A stretch of 64,000 bases of DNA from Eledone cirrhosa (lineage: Eukaryota). Below the pieces are notes generated by a model. That model saw only the letters and a list, made by a program, of their open reading frames with translations, searched no databases and had not been told where the DNA came from. The stretch is taken from the NCBI GenBank assembly GCA_964016885.1, contig OZ024742.1, forward strand, positions 271,746,001 through 271,810,000. The letters run 5' to 3'. Below, piece after piece: positions 13,857 to 26,384 of this stretch; positions within the stretch are counted from its first letter, which is position 1, and every line of letters starts with the position of its first letter. A program made the position numbers and the translations under genes.

Positions 13857-16317
13857 ATGCTAATCAAAGACCAACTCCCCGTGTCAACCAAGAACATACC
13901 AATACCATCCAGGAATACATATGAGAAATTGCTGATCAACAGTGTAAATTCATTTATCAATAGAGTGAGATGGAGGACATTCCATTATGATAGAAACAAA
14001 TCTAACAACTTGAATAATACTAACAATTTTGACTCCTTCGGCTTTAAAACCTTTAAAAGCCCCCCTCATAACACTCTACTTAACTCCTTGTAAAATGACC
14101 TAGTTAAACTAGTTAAGAACATTAAATACAATAAGCACCATATTAGAAGCAACACCTTCTTAAACAAACTTAACACTTCTATTAGTGGATTCAAAACTAG
14201 TAATAAAATTATTGTACACGCAGATAAAACTAATAACATATACAGCCTAGATTATATTACTTATAGAAAGTTTATATATAATGAACTACATAAAAGCTAC
14301 AAAAAAACCACCTTGAAAAACTTAGAAGATATTAATGTAGAGGGTTATAATATAGTGTCTAAACTAGGACTACAGAAGCATACACAACCTTTCACTCCGA
14401 ACCCCCCTAGATTCTCTCTGAAGGACCATAAGGAGAACTTCATCAGCAACCCCACGATAAGACTTATCTGCCCTTCCAAGTCCGACATTGGTATTATCAG
14501 CAAGAAGATTTTGGATAAAATCATCCCACAAATTAAACACAAGATACACCTTAAACAATGGGGAAATACGGGTGAAGTAATTGAATGGTTTAAGGATATC
14601 AAGAATAATAAGAACAAAAAAATTTATTCAATTTGATATCAATTCATACTACACCTCTATTTCCCCTATCCTATTAAATAAGGCACTTATCATGGCCATG
14701 ACCAATAGCGACCTGACTAGAGCCCAGGTTGATGTCATCCTTGCGGCCCGTAAAACCATAATCACCTTCGAGGACCAACTATGGACACGCAAGGATACGC
14801 ACAACAACTTCGACATAACCATGGGATCTAGTGACTCGGCGCAGGTCACTGATTTGGTCGGCCTATACCTCCTCAATGAAATCCATAAAGACCTCCCTTA
14901 CCTCAACGGTGGTTTGTACCGCGATGATGCACTTCTACTCATAGAATATAAAAAATTTAATATAGAAAGAACTAGAAAACAACTGCATAAGACATTCAAA
15001 AACTTTAACCTTAGTATCACCATGGACAAAAACACTAAAAATGTTAACTTCCTAGACGCCACACTATACCTAGACTCAAAAATATATACACCTTTCCATA
15101 AGCCTAATGAGAAACTTATTTACGTAGATACCAAGTCTAATCACCCTAGATCAATATTAAACTCTATCTCTAAGGGGGTGTCCAATAGAATCTCTAGTCT
15201 GTCCTATGACGCAAACATATTTAGCAAAAACTCACAATATTACAATCAAGCATTAGCTAGCTCCGGCCATAATATAGAAATAGAGTTCCTACCTAAGAAA
15301 ACACATAGCTACAACATCATCTCGCACAACATGTCCATGAGGAAATCTAATAATAGGAATAGCAACCACAAGTACACCAAAGCGGAGGGTGCCACCGGAA
15401 GTAACCATTACCATGGAAACTACTGTGAGGCCTTAGGAGGAAGCAACACACCAAACACTAAAAGCAAAAATAGAAGAAGAAATAATACATTTTTCAACCC
15501 TCCTTTCAACCTAAATGTCTCCACCAACATACCTAGGGCTTTCTTCTCACTACTAGATAAAAACTTCCCTCTAGGACACAAGTACCACAACCTCTTAAAC
15601 AAAAACACCATTAAAATCTCATACTCTACGACGCCTAACTTAGCATACCACATAGCTAGCAGCAATAATAGTAAAATTAGTTCTTACTTCCAACAAACAA
15701 AATCACAACGGGATGCAAACCCTCTAAATACCACTGTAGCAAGCAACAATAGCAACGGCAGTAACAATAGAAATAACACTAGTATAAGTAATAACACCGG
15801 GGTTGTCAACCTGAACACCCAAAATCCTATATCCACCACACAGACTTCCGCATTGCATTATAACCAGCGGACTAACGCACAGAATAATTGTAACTGTAGA
15901 GCTAATAGAACCTGCCCCTTAGATAAAAAATGCCTAACCAAGGATGTCATATACTCATGCACAGTCACGACTAATAACTCTTCAGAAACCTATGTAGGCT
16001 CCACTTCTAACTGCTTCAAAATTAGATATAACTCGCACATCCACTCGTTCAAAAAGCACAGCCTAGCCAACTCCACCTCACTTTCTAGCTACATACACTA
16101 TCTAAAATCTAAAAATAAACCATACACACTCAAATGGGAAGTGATAGGCAGCGCGACCTCGTACAAACCACCTAATAAATTCTGTAACCTCTGTATACTA
16201 GAGACACACAATATTATCTTCTCCAACCGTAACCTACTTAACAAAAAATCTGAGGTGTTTGCAACTTGCCAACACCGCCTCAGACATTCCTTCCAAAACT
16301 TTAAGCCCTATATATAG
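13857..16317 (+). pseudogene. PLE RT plus GIY-YIG-like endonuclease (~820 aa) with one stop (14091-14093) and one +1 frameshift in an A7 run (14616-14622)
   Basis: FINRVRWRTF, HADK, QFDINSYYTSI, MGSSDSAQVTDLVG, LYRDDAL, VNFLD, CNCR..CPL..C, YVGST, CNLCILE, CQH; ORF-track segments 13857-14093, 14313-14636, 14581-16317. Confidence 0.95.
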
Positions 16318-17559
16318 CAATGTCGGACTGGAACCTAACACCACATCTAGCATCAAACACCAGAGACACACCCTATACTACATACCCAACACTAGCTGAT
16401 CCATTATAACACAAACAACGACATCCCTCTGGAACCCTTCGCAGGGAAAATACCCATTTATACCTCTACGGCAGGTGTGACAACATCCACCCACCTGGAC
16501 GGCACTACACCGCTCTAGGGGTAATTTGAGCATGAATTGATCGGTTGGATGGTGTTGGGCAGAGGAAACACCTTCCTTAGACAGATGTAAAATGATTTAA
16601 TCGAGTAGCGCTGTTGACCAGTAGGACCGGGCTGCTGAGCGCAGTGAGTGAATGCAATGCAACTGCCGTGCGGGTTGTACGTATATGGATGATCTGACGG
16701 TCAGAGAGGGGTCGCGAGGACTGCGGATTGACCTTTGGCCTGCCTGGGGACGATTATCTTTCGACATCCAATGTAGCAAGCGATGACCCAGATCTTACCA
16801 GAGATCATTGGGTCCTGAAGCAATCCTGCAATCACCGCGCCTGGTCATATGAGCAGACTACAACCACAGAGATCATTAATTTAGAATCCTCGCTCATCAT
16901 CTATAATTTCCATTTGTAGCACCTTAAGATGGGTTAATCCACCTTAATAATAATATGATCACCTTCAGCATAATTTAGTTAAACTACTCTATAGTTAGTG
17001 CACTTTATGCTTTAAAAGTCTCTCTTGGAAGGTGCACCTCACCATAGAATTTAGGGTCCATATTGGGACACATTTTAATGGCTAGATATAGAAACCCCAG
17101 AGTTACCTCCCCGCATGCATTAACTCCCCTTAGCCACACACACACTTCCGGTATTCAATGGCGTCTCTCGAAACGTAACAACCTCCTGTATCGAACTAAA
17201 GAACACCAGACTACGATCTCTAACTGGATTGTCGTGGATTATGTGAAAGGCATATAATCGAAATATACACTCCCTTGACCATGAAAATGCCGAAGTACAT
17301 GAATTACTTGACATCCCTGCGTTGTGCATCTCCAATACTTATAACACTTTTAATGCTTGCACTATCTTTAATACTTATAATATTTCTCCACACACAGACT
17401 ACATCAATCATATAAAGACTTTGCCACCAGATCTACCAACCTAACACTCTTATTTACCTACCTAAGTGCCTCTACCACACATATCTCTCTGCCACACTAT
17501 ATAAACAAGACGCACATGCGTGCCACACATATAACATTTGCACTATATAACCACTTATC

Positions 17560-18014
17560 TTCATGTTGTACTTTAACCTATATCTTTGATTTTTGATTGT
17601 ACCTATTAATATAAATGTAATCTCGAAGTGTGTACTGCCACTCTAAATTTTGTAATGAATGTTGACCCACAATGTTTGAATATGTATCAATGTTTGAATA
17701 TGTATTGGTATGTCTCTCGGCTGAAAAGGAGGTCATATAACTGTCCATGCATTAATAAATTGCTCCGAAGAATCCAAACCTCGGTTTGGAGGAAACAGCT
17801 GTAAGCACAATAATGTTTTGAACAGTTCTTTGATTCTTATATTTCATATAACTGCTCTGTAAATCATCTGATGTTTTTACATTGAGCTACTTAACTTACT
17901 GGTAATAAGGTAGTAATACATTACTGCCTACCACTATTTAGGGTGTGTGTAAAATACTTACAACTGCTTAAGGTTTTGTGTTTACATAACCATAAATAGT
18001 ATAACTAATACTAT
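17560..18014 (+). repeat. 3' pseudo-LTR of family F
   Basis: Direct repeat of 13360-13814. Confidence 0.95.
17761..17807 (+). ncRNA. Type I hammerhead ribozyme with CCGAAGA core (3' pLTR copy)
   Basis: Identical to 13561-13607. Confidence 0.8.
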
Positions 18015-18022
18015 ATATATAT

Positions 18023-18056
<34 letters not shown>

Positions 18057-18220
18057 GTATATGTGTATATATGTGTATATGTGTGTATATATGTGTACAT
18101 ATGTGTATACATGTGTGTGTATATGTGTATATATGTGTGTGTATATGTGTATATGTGTGTATATACGTGTGTATGTATATATATATTTATATATATATAT
18201 ATATGTGTGTGTATGTATAA

Positions 18221-18296
<76 letters not shown>

Positions 18297-18521
18297 ATGT
18301 ATATATGTATATATATGTGTATATGTAGATATATATATATATGTATATATATAAATATATATATATATTAATATATATATATATAACATATTAATATATA
18401 CATATACATACATATTTAAATATATGTATATATATACATACATATACATACACACACATACACACATACATACACACACAAACACACACATATATATATA
18501 TATAGTTTTAATATAGATGAG

Positions 18522-18564
18522 ATTCTACAGGACTAGAACTGTTTCATTCTTTAGAAATCATCAG

Positions 18565-18568
<4 letters not shown>
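18522..18568 (-). ncRNA. Type I hammerhead ribozyme, family E, isolated within (TA)n
   Basis: Near-identical to the 13253-13305 motif. Confidence 0.75.
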
Positions 18569-18631
<63 letters not shown>

Positions 18632-18664
18632 TATACATATACACACATTCACACATACACATAT

Positions 18665-18734
<70 letters not shown>

Positions 18735-18922
18735 GCATACACACATATATACACATATGTATATACACACACATATATATATGTGTTTATATATGTGTGT
18801 ATATGTATGTTTGTATGTATGTATATGTTGTGTGTGTGTATCTGTGTTTGTGTATATATGTATATATGGGTGTGTATATATGTGTGTATATATATATGTG
18901 TGTATATGTATATATATATATA

Positions 18923-18957
<35 letters not shown>

Positions 18958-18959
18958 CA

Positions 18960-19065
<106 letters not shown>

Positions 19066-19110
19066 GTATATGTATATGTATGTATATATATATTTATATA
19101 TATATATGTA

Positions 19111-19163
<53 letters not shown>

Positions 19164-19300
19164 ATGTATATGTGTATATCTATATGTGTATGTGTGTGTA
19201 TATATATATATGTTATGTGTATATGTGTGTATATGTTTGTGTGTGTGTATATGTATGTGTGGTTGTGTATATATAGATATATATATATATTTTAGATATA

Positions 19301-21333
19301 TAACTTTGAACTTTGAATAACTTTGAAATGTTTTGGCAAGTATTGGCCCAGGCCATGTCTAACTTAATAGCACCACCTGGCGAAGTCTTTCAATTCAGGA
19401 TTTGGGCACCTTGGCCCATTCGAGAAGAGAATTACTGTTTGCGGAGACATATCTGGGTGTGGGTGGTTTGTCCGGGATTACTTGGAGGAATTTGTCCAAA
19501 GACTTCTTGAATTTTGTGTGGTCAGTTTCTGTTTTGACGTGACCTGGTGTGATGTTGAAGAGAGCAGGGCCAATTGAGGTGAAATAATTGTGCCGTATTG
19601 TTGTTATGAGTTGCGATTTAGATTTTTGTTTGGGACGGATAGCACGGGGCCCAAACCTTGGGTGTAATTTGAAGGTGATGCCAACATCATTTGGGCAGTG
19701 TTGATGAAACATTTTCCACATCATGCAGATAATATAACGCTCACGGCGACGTTGGAGTGATTAAAGTTTCAGCTTTTGTAGTCGATCCCAGTAGTCAAGG
19801 TCTGACATGCCATCTATCTTTTTCGTGATTACCCTTTGGGGAGCTTCAAGTTTCATGATACTTTGTTTCGTGTGGGGAGACCACCGTGGACAACAGTATT
19901 CAAGGTGTGGTCGGGCAAAAGTAGAGAAGAGAAGGATAATGATGTGGGAATCTCTCGACTGGAAGGTTCTGAGGATCCAGGAACACATTCTGCGGGCCAT
20001 GTCAACTTCGTTGCTTATATGCGTGGCCCAGCTTATGTTGCTGTCCACGGTTACTCCCAAGTCTTTGATGTTGTTAGATGCCACGAGAGTTTCACCGGAG
20101 GGAAGGGAGTACGGGAGTTTCAGAGCATCCTCTTTTCCAAAGTGGATCAGTTCGAACTTGTCTTCGTTCAGTAACATGTTATTCTTTCCCGCCCATTGGG
20201 TAACAGCCAGTAGGTCTGACTGAAGGCTTATCCGGTCATCCACGCCATCGATGACCTTTTGGAGCTTGGAATCATCAGCGAAAATTCTAATGTTGCTGTG
20301 TTTGATGATGTCAGTGATGTCATTAATATAGATGATGAAGAGAAGTGGGCCCAACACAGTGCCTTGTGGGACCCCACTACTGACTTTGGCTGGGCTGGAT
20401 TTGACTCCATCGACTACAACATGCTGGGTTCTGTTTCACAGGAAGCTCTTGATCCACTGCAGCAGCTTTCCAGTGACACCAATATTGGACAGCTTTCTCA
20501 GTAGAATGTTGTGATCAACCTTGTCAAAGGTCTTGCTGAAATCAAGGTAGATAACATATGTGTTGGAACCCTCTCCCTAGGCTCTCAAAATGTCATCAAA
20601 GTGATGACTGCGTCAGGCAATCCCTTCCATTACGGAATCCATGCTGGTTGGAGTTCAGCATATTGTTACTCTCAAGGAAGTGAGTCATTCGCGATCTCAC
20701 CACTCTTTCAAATACCTTAATGATATGAGAGGTGAGTGAGATTGGACGGTAATTCACGGCAAGGGATTTGTTTCCTTTTTTTGAAAACTGGGACAACAGA
20801 CTGAGATAGAAGGTTTTCTGGCACATATCTAGCATCCAGTGAGTTCCGCCACAGATTGGCAAGAGGAGATGCAAGTTGGTGTTGACACGCCTTCAAGACA
20901 CAAGCAGGGAACCTATCGGGACCTACTGCTGAATTATACTTGATTTCCTTTATTGCCGCTAAGACATCAGGGGCGCCAAACGTTATGTCCGATAAGGTGT
21001 AATGGGGAGAAACATCGCCGATACAGCCCAGATCGGCAATATCAGGATTGCTGAAAACAGAGCAGTATTGTTTCTGCAGTATCTCACCCATGGTTTTAGC
21101 ATTGTCTTGAAGAGTGCCATTTTCATCAATTAGAGGGCAAACAGTGGAGCCAGTGATTTTATGTTTTTTTGCAAATGAAAAGAACACTTTGGGATTGAGT
21201 TTGATCTTCTCAATGGCCCAGGCCTCTTCAGCTCTTCTCTGATTGTTGATGGTAGACATCATATTGTTTTGGAGGTTATGTTTTTTAATCTCTAGTGATG
21301 AAATGGCAGTCAAGTTGATGTGTTGCTGCTGAC
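19301..21333 (-). mobile_element. 5'-truncated L2/CR1-group LINE (RT pseudogene)
   Basis: NYRPISLTS, NQHGFR, PQGTVLGPLLFIIYINDI, FADDSKL, LEYCCP.WSP; short ttcaaag repeat tail at 19301-19329. Confidence 0.9.
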
Positions 21334-21339
21334 AGTATA

Positions 21340-21428
<89 letters not shown>

Positions 21429-21544
21429 AGATAAGCAGAACAAGTAAAATTCAACCAATTTTTCAAAATAAATCAAAATTAATATACAATTAAAATTAAT
21501 CAAAATTAAAAAAATATAATATCAATATTTACCTATTCAAATGG

Positions 21545-21622
21545 CCCTAACTGTACAGTTTCACAGTGCAAAACATTAAATATCACGAGGATATTAATGG
21601 AAAAGCAACGATCATCAGAGAA
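21545..21622 (-). ncRNA. Type I hammerhead ribozyme with extended stem II
   Basis: ttct-CTGATGA-(~50 nt incl. cattaatatc/gatatttaatg)-GAAAC TGTACA GTT-aggg; stem I weak. Confidence 0.6.
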
Positions 21623-21748
21623 TTATTTTCCTGTCCTAGGGTTAAAAACCCTAGGAACGACAATATATATGACCTCACTCCAACTAATACAGGTCTAAAA
21701 GGTCGTGAAAGTGACCCGTAAATACCTTCAGATATATATTAACTTTAT

Positions 21749-21781
<33 letters not shown>

Positions 21782-21913
21782 GTGAGGTTTTTTTTACAAA
21801 ATGAAAAATAACCGAGGTGTCCTACACGAGTGGAAGTATAAAGAAAAAGGGATGAAATCGAAAATGCAACTGAAGTCTTATTTTTTTTTTTAAATATATA
21901 TATTTATTTGGTT

Positions 21914-21951
21914 CCTTTACCGGTTTCGCAGCTCTTCTGCTTTTCAAAAGG
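21914..21951 (-). ncRNA. Hammerhead ribozyme, U3-A8 core variant (TTGAAAA)
   Basis: cctt-TTGAAAA-gcag aagag ctgc-GAAAC CG GTA-aagg. Confidence 0.7.
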
Positions 21952-22026
21952 TGAGTTGAGATGGAGGGTCTGTGGTTTTTGTCACATCTGATGTGAGAAA
22001 AACCACAGACCCTGCATCTCAACTCA

Positions 22027-22064
22027 CCTTTTGAAAAGCAGAAGAACTGCGAAACCGGTAAAGG
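22027..22064 (+). ncRNA. Hammerhead ribozyme, U3-A8 core variant (TTGAAAA)
   Basis: cctt-TTGAAAA-gcag aagaa ctgc-GAAAC CG GTA-aagg. Confidence 0.7.
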
Positions 22065-22321
22065 AACCAAATAAATATATATATTTAAAAAAAAAAAAAT
22101 AAGACTTCAGTTGCATTTTCGATTTCATCCCTTTTTCTTTATATATATATATATGTATTTTGTGAATATATATGTGTATATATGTATTTATATGTATATA
22201 TACGTGTCTGTCTGTGTGTGTATGTATATATATATGTGTGTGAATAATGTGTGTATTTATATATATATATATATATTTACATATCTGTGTGTATATGTAT
22301 ATATATATGTGTGTATATATG

Positions 22322-22356
<35 letters not shown>

Positions 22357-22360
22357 ACAG

Positions 22361-22417
<57 letters not shown>

Positions 22418-22682
22418 CACACACATATGTAAATATATACATATATATATACGAATACACATATATATATTTATATATATATATGTATATATATGTATAT
22501 ATGTGGTTATATGTATATATATATGTGTATATATCTATTTCTTTCAATTTAATATATTTATTTATATATATATATGTATATATGTGTATATGTGTGTATA
22601 TATGTATATATATGTGTATGTATATATATATATATATGTGTATGTGTATATATATGTATGTGTATGTATATGTGTGTGTATG

Positions 22683-22762
<80 letters not shown>

Positions 22763-22777
22763 TATGTATATGTGTAC

Positions 22778-22870
<93 letters not shown>

Positions 22871-22939
22871 TGTGTGTATATATATATATATGTATGTGTG
22901 TATATATATACATATGTATGTGTATATATATATATATAT

Positions 22940-22991
<52 letters not shown>

Positions 22992-23001
22992 ATATATATA
23001 T

Positions 23002-23043
<42 letters not shown>

Positions 23044-23474
23044 ATATATCTGTATATATATATATTTGGGGGGTGCATGTGTGTGTGCGTGTGTGTTTGT
23101 GAATGTGTCTGTTCACACCTGGAATATAGCTTAAGAGAAACTTGAGGATACTTATATGATAGGCACCCAATAGTTTGAACTGGTCTATAGAATTCTCTTG
23201 GCCTTTGTCACTCTAAGTTGAACTTTAAAGTATTAGCTTTTAAAGAATTTCCCTTTTCTTTAAATCCATCAACCATGACCGACCCCCGACGATCTTATAG
23301 ACACCTGAAATATAGGCATTGTTAGCTTAAGAGAAACTTAAAAATATGGAATGGCTCCCCAATCTGAACTTGTTTATAGAATTCTTTCTGCCTTTGTCAC
23401 TCTAAATATGAATTATAGCTTTTAAGATTTAGCCTGAAAAGACCTATAACTACCACATTAACTTTTGGATAACC

Positions 23475-23525
23475 AGATTCCTGATGATTTCTAAAGATTG
23501 AAACAATCCAAGTCCTGTAGAATCT
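23475..23525 (+). ncRNA. Type I hammerhead ribozyme, family E (diverged)
   Basis: agattc-CTGATGA-tttctaaagatt-GAAACa...tGTA-gaatct. Confidence 0.65.
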
Positions 23526-23560
23526 CATCTATATTAAAACTATATATATATATATATATA

Positions 23561-23941
23561 TATTTATTAAAATAACAGATTAAAGTTTAAGCAAAGAATC
23601 GATTCTTTAAGCAGCGATTCTTTGCTTAAACTTTAATCTGTTATTTTAATAAATATTTGCTCTACGGTTCTTATATATTTGATATATATTTATCCTTATC
23701 GAGCCCTCTTTGGATTTTAGTCTTCAAATTTATTGTTATTACTATATATATATATATATATATATTTATTAAAATAACAGATTAAAGTTTAAGCAAAGAA
23801 TCGATTCTTTAAGCAGCGATTCTTTGCTTAAACTTTAATCTGTTATTTTAATAAATATTTGCTCTACGGTTCTTATATATTTGATATATATTTATCCTTA
23901 TCGAGCCCTCTTTGGATTTTAGTCTTCAAATTTATTATTAT

Positions 23942-23945
<4 letters not shown>
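23561..23945. repeat. Two tandem ~200-bp units, each with an internal palindrome; related to the palindrome at 28441-28660
   Basis: tttattaaaataacagattaaagtttaagcaaagaatcg and its reverse complement in each unit. Confidence 0.8.
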
Positions 23946-23976
<31 letters not shown>

Positions 23977-24110
23977 AACTAACTAACCCAAAATTTATAA
24001 TACATTGAAGTGAAAACCAACAGGTAAGTGTATTTTTACTGGCAGCTTGACCCTCCGAAAGTATAACAATATATATATTTATATATAATAATTTTGAATA
24101 CAAATGCGTT

Positions 24111-24681
24111 GCAAAGTCGGGGTGGTAGTGGAGATAAGTTCCCGCTTCCTACAAAATGCCCCATACGGCACGCTTCTCAAATAGCCTCTGACAACCTAGT
24201 CCAGCTCCTGGCCTTATCGTGTAGCTTAGTCTGTAAGCCCGACGGTCCTGTTTCAAACCGACAGGAGAAGGAGGAAAGGCGGGTTTCTTGTGCATTACAA
24301 TAAACAGTTGCTTAGGGCAGATGGGACTCGTCAACCTTGGGGAAGGATTACCCTGATTTTAAAACACAGCTGCCTTGTGATATATCAAGTCTTGGGATGG
24401 GCTAAGGGAGTAAACCCCGACAGAAAATCAGGAGCCGGAGTCCGCAAGGCGGTCTGACATCCTAACCTCATTCCAGCAACTCCTGCGACCTCGTTGATGC
24501 CAAGCTGTATCGATCTGTCGTTCCCTTGTGGCCATCAGCCGCGCGAGAGGAGGGGTATACTGACTAGACAACAACTTGCCCTCATGAACGTACCTGTCCA
24601 AGACACGTAGCTCCACTGTGCAACCGCTGAGACTCACGTGGATCCACACCATCGTCTTACGAAGAGGGACGGATGCCGACT
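24111..24681 (+). mobile_element. GC-richer interspersed repeat resembling RTE 5' UTR-derived non-autonomous elements
   Basis: Compositional island; shares the CCTTATCGTG motif with the RTE 5' end near 46343-46352; family assignment from memory only. Confidence 0.4.
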
Positions 24682-24689
24682 ATATAATA

Positions 24690-25200
24690 ATTAAAAAAAA
24701 AGTTATCACTCTACATGACTGAATAAAAATAAATGTGATCTGACTTTTTCGAATATTAATAATAATATTCGATTCGTTTGCAATTCTACAAACAAACAGC
24801 TTTTAAAGCCATGCCAGTAAAATAAGCCCCACATTATTACTCTTGTGTTGCCATAGAAACAGAACTGCAGACGCAAATATTTCTGCATGATTACGCTTCA
24901 TCATTGCAGTTTAGTGTTCACCTGCCAACTGTCAGAACTAGTGAAAATATATGATATTTGACAGTTGGCAGGTGTTCATTAAACTACACTGAGGAAGCTA
25001 ATCACATAGAAAATTAATGCCTGCAGTTCTGTTTACAGGCCAACGCCAGTGCAAGAATGAGTGTGTCATTCTACTGACATGGCTTAATAAGAGGATTATT
25101 TGCATAATTGCAAACGAATCGAATATTATTATTTATATTCGAAAATATCAGATTACATTTATTGTATTCAGCCATGAAGAGCGATAACTTTTTCTTTTAG
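24690..25200. repeat. Old imperfect ~245-bp-arm palindrome (foldback/MITE-like); partial third arm ~25370-25565
   Basis: cacctgccaactgtca/tgacagttggcaggtg and aatattcgattcgtttgcaatt/aattgcaaacgaatcgaatatt. Confidence 0.75.
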
Positions 25201-26384
25201 TTATTTGAATATGGCAAAGCCGGCCATTGATAGCTCGTATATATGAAACTGACAGGCCTATCTCCTGATATGCAAACCTGGCTGATCAGTTGATTTGCTA
25301 CTAAGCATATCTGACTGATCACCCAGACTGCTAATATGCAAATCAGGCGGATCAGTCACTGTATATTTTTGAAAATATGAAATATTTTCATTACTTCTCA
25401 CAGTTGGTAGGTGAACAGTGAATTGCACTGCTCTAAGGCAATCACCCAGAAACATTAGTATCTTCAGTTCTGTTTACATGCCAACGAAAAGAGCGTGAAT
25501 GAGGTGCTCATTCTACTGACATAGCTTAAAAACCGGCTTGTTTCCATAATTGCAAACGAATCGAACACACCAAGAAATAAGAGAAAAGTTGCTCATACAC
25601 ATATTTTCAAAAAATTCTTGATTGAAAGCCACCACTGATACTTTGCCCATTAGTTTTAATTTCCCACTACAAAGAGACATCTGACAGACAGGCTGAAGCA
25701 AACACACACACACACACCACTCTCCTCCCACACACGAGTGTGTATTTTTTTATATATACACTGTTACACGTACACACACTCTCTAAAACCATATTCCAAA
25801 ATAGAATTTCTACTACACCTCTACTATTGCCAACACCATAGAATGTTTCTCTCTCTTACAAATAACCCTTTACGACCACCATCTGAACTCTTGACCAGTC
25901 CATTAAGACAATTGAGATACGCAGACATATTTACATAATGTTTGCTTTGTCCCTAAAATCTATTTTGTTCTATGTGCAAAATAAAACACACCTTCCACCA
26001 CTGCTGCTGCTAATTTAAGACTACACCACTCTCTATACACAAGAGTTCATTTTTCCAGTATTCTCCTAAAAAATGAAGAGGAGAAAATTACCTCAACACT
26101 TAATTTTAAATCATTAATTTTTAGTTTTTAATTCTTATTAATTATTTTTAATTGAAGTAATCAACATTTGATAAGCTGAATTTTACTAATACATCGAAAC
26201 CGGTTATACATTATATACATTATAAAACTCTTTTTTAAAAGAATTGTCCCACTTATTTTTTCAATAATGTCAATTTGTCGAATCAAAAAAAGGAAAAAAA
26301 AAGGAAAGCAGATCTTCAAATATATTTTCCATACTATTTCCAATTTCTCCTTTTCTTTAAAACCACTTTTCCAATATATTTATA

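Larger units (their letters stand above)
13360..18014 (+). mobile_element. Near-intact full-length PLE, family F (Hydra-clade-like), with direct pseudo-LTRs
   Basis: 13360-13814 equals 17560-18014 (offset 4200, one mismatch seen); RT-EN ORF between them; 3' end runs into (TA)n. Confidence 0.95.
21837..22143. repeat. ~150-bp-arm palindrome of a pLTR-like sequence (family H); further copy at ~36934-37158
   Basis: Arms mirror about 21989. Confidence 0.9.

Noticed and set aside
14091-14093. In-frame stop as possible selenocysteine recoding, as in some Naiad PLEs
   Set aside because: Codon is TAA not TGA, the paralog has GAA, and the nuclease is C-terminal
22111-23170. Long ORFs rich in YI, CV or TH (also 12341-12952, 18517-19320, 58854-59744)
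   Set aside because: Translations of dinucleotide microsatellites
23561-23945. Palindromic tandem units as a CRISPR-like array
   Set aside because: Only two long units, no unique spacers, eukaryotic repeat context
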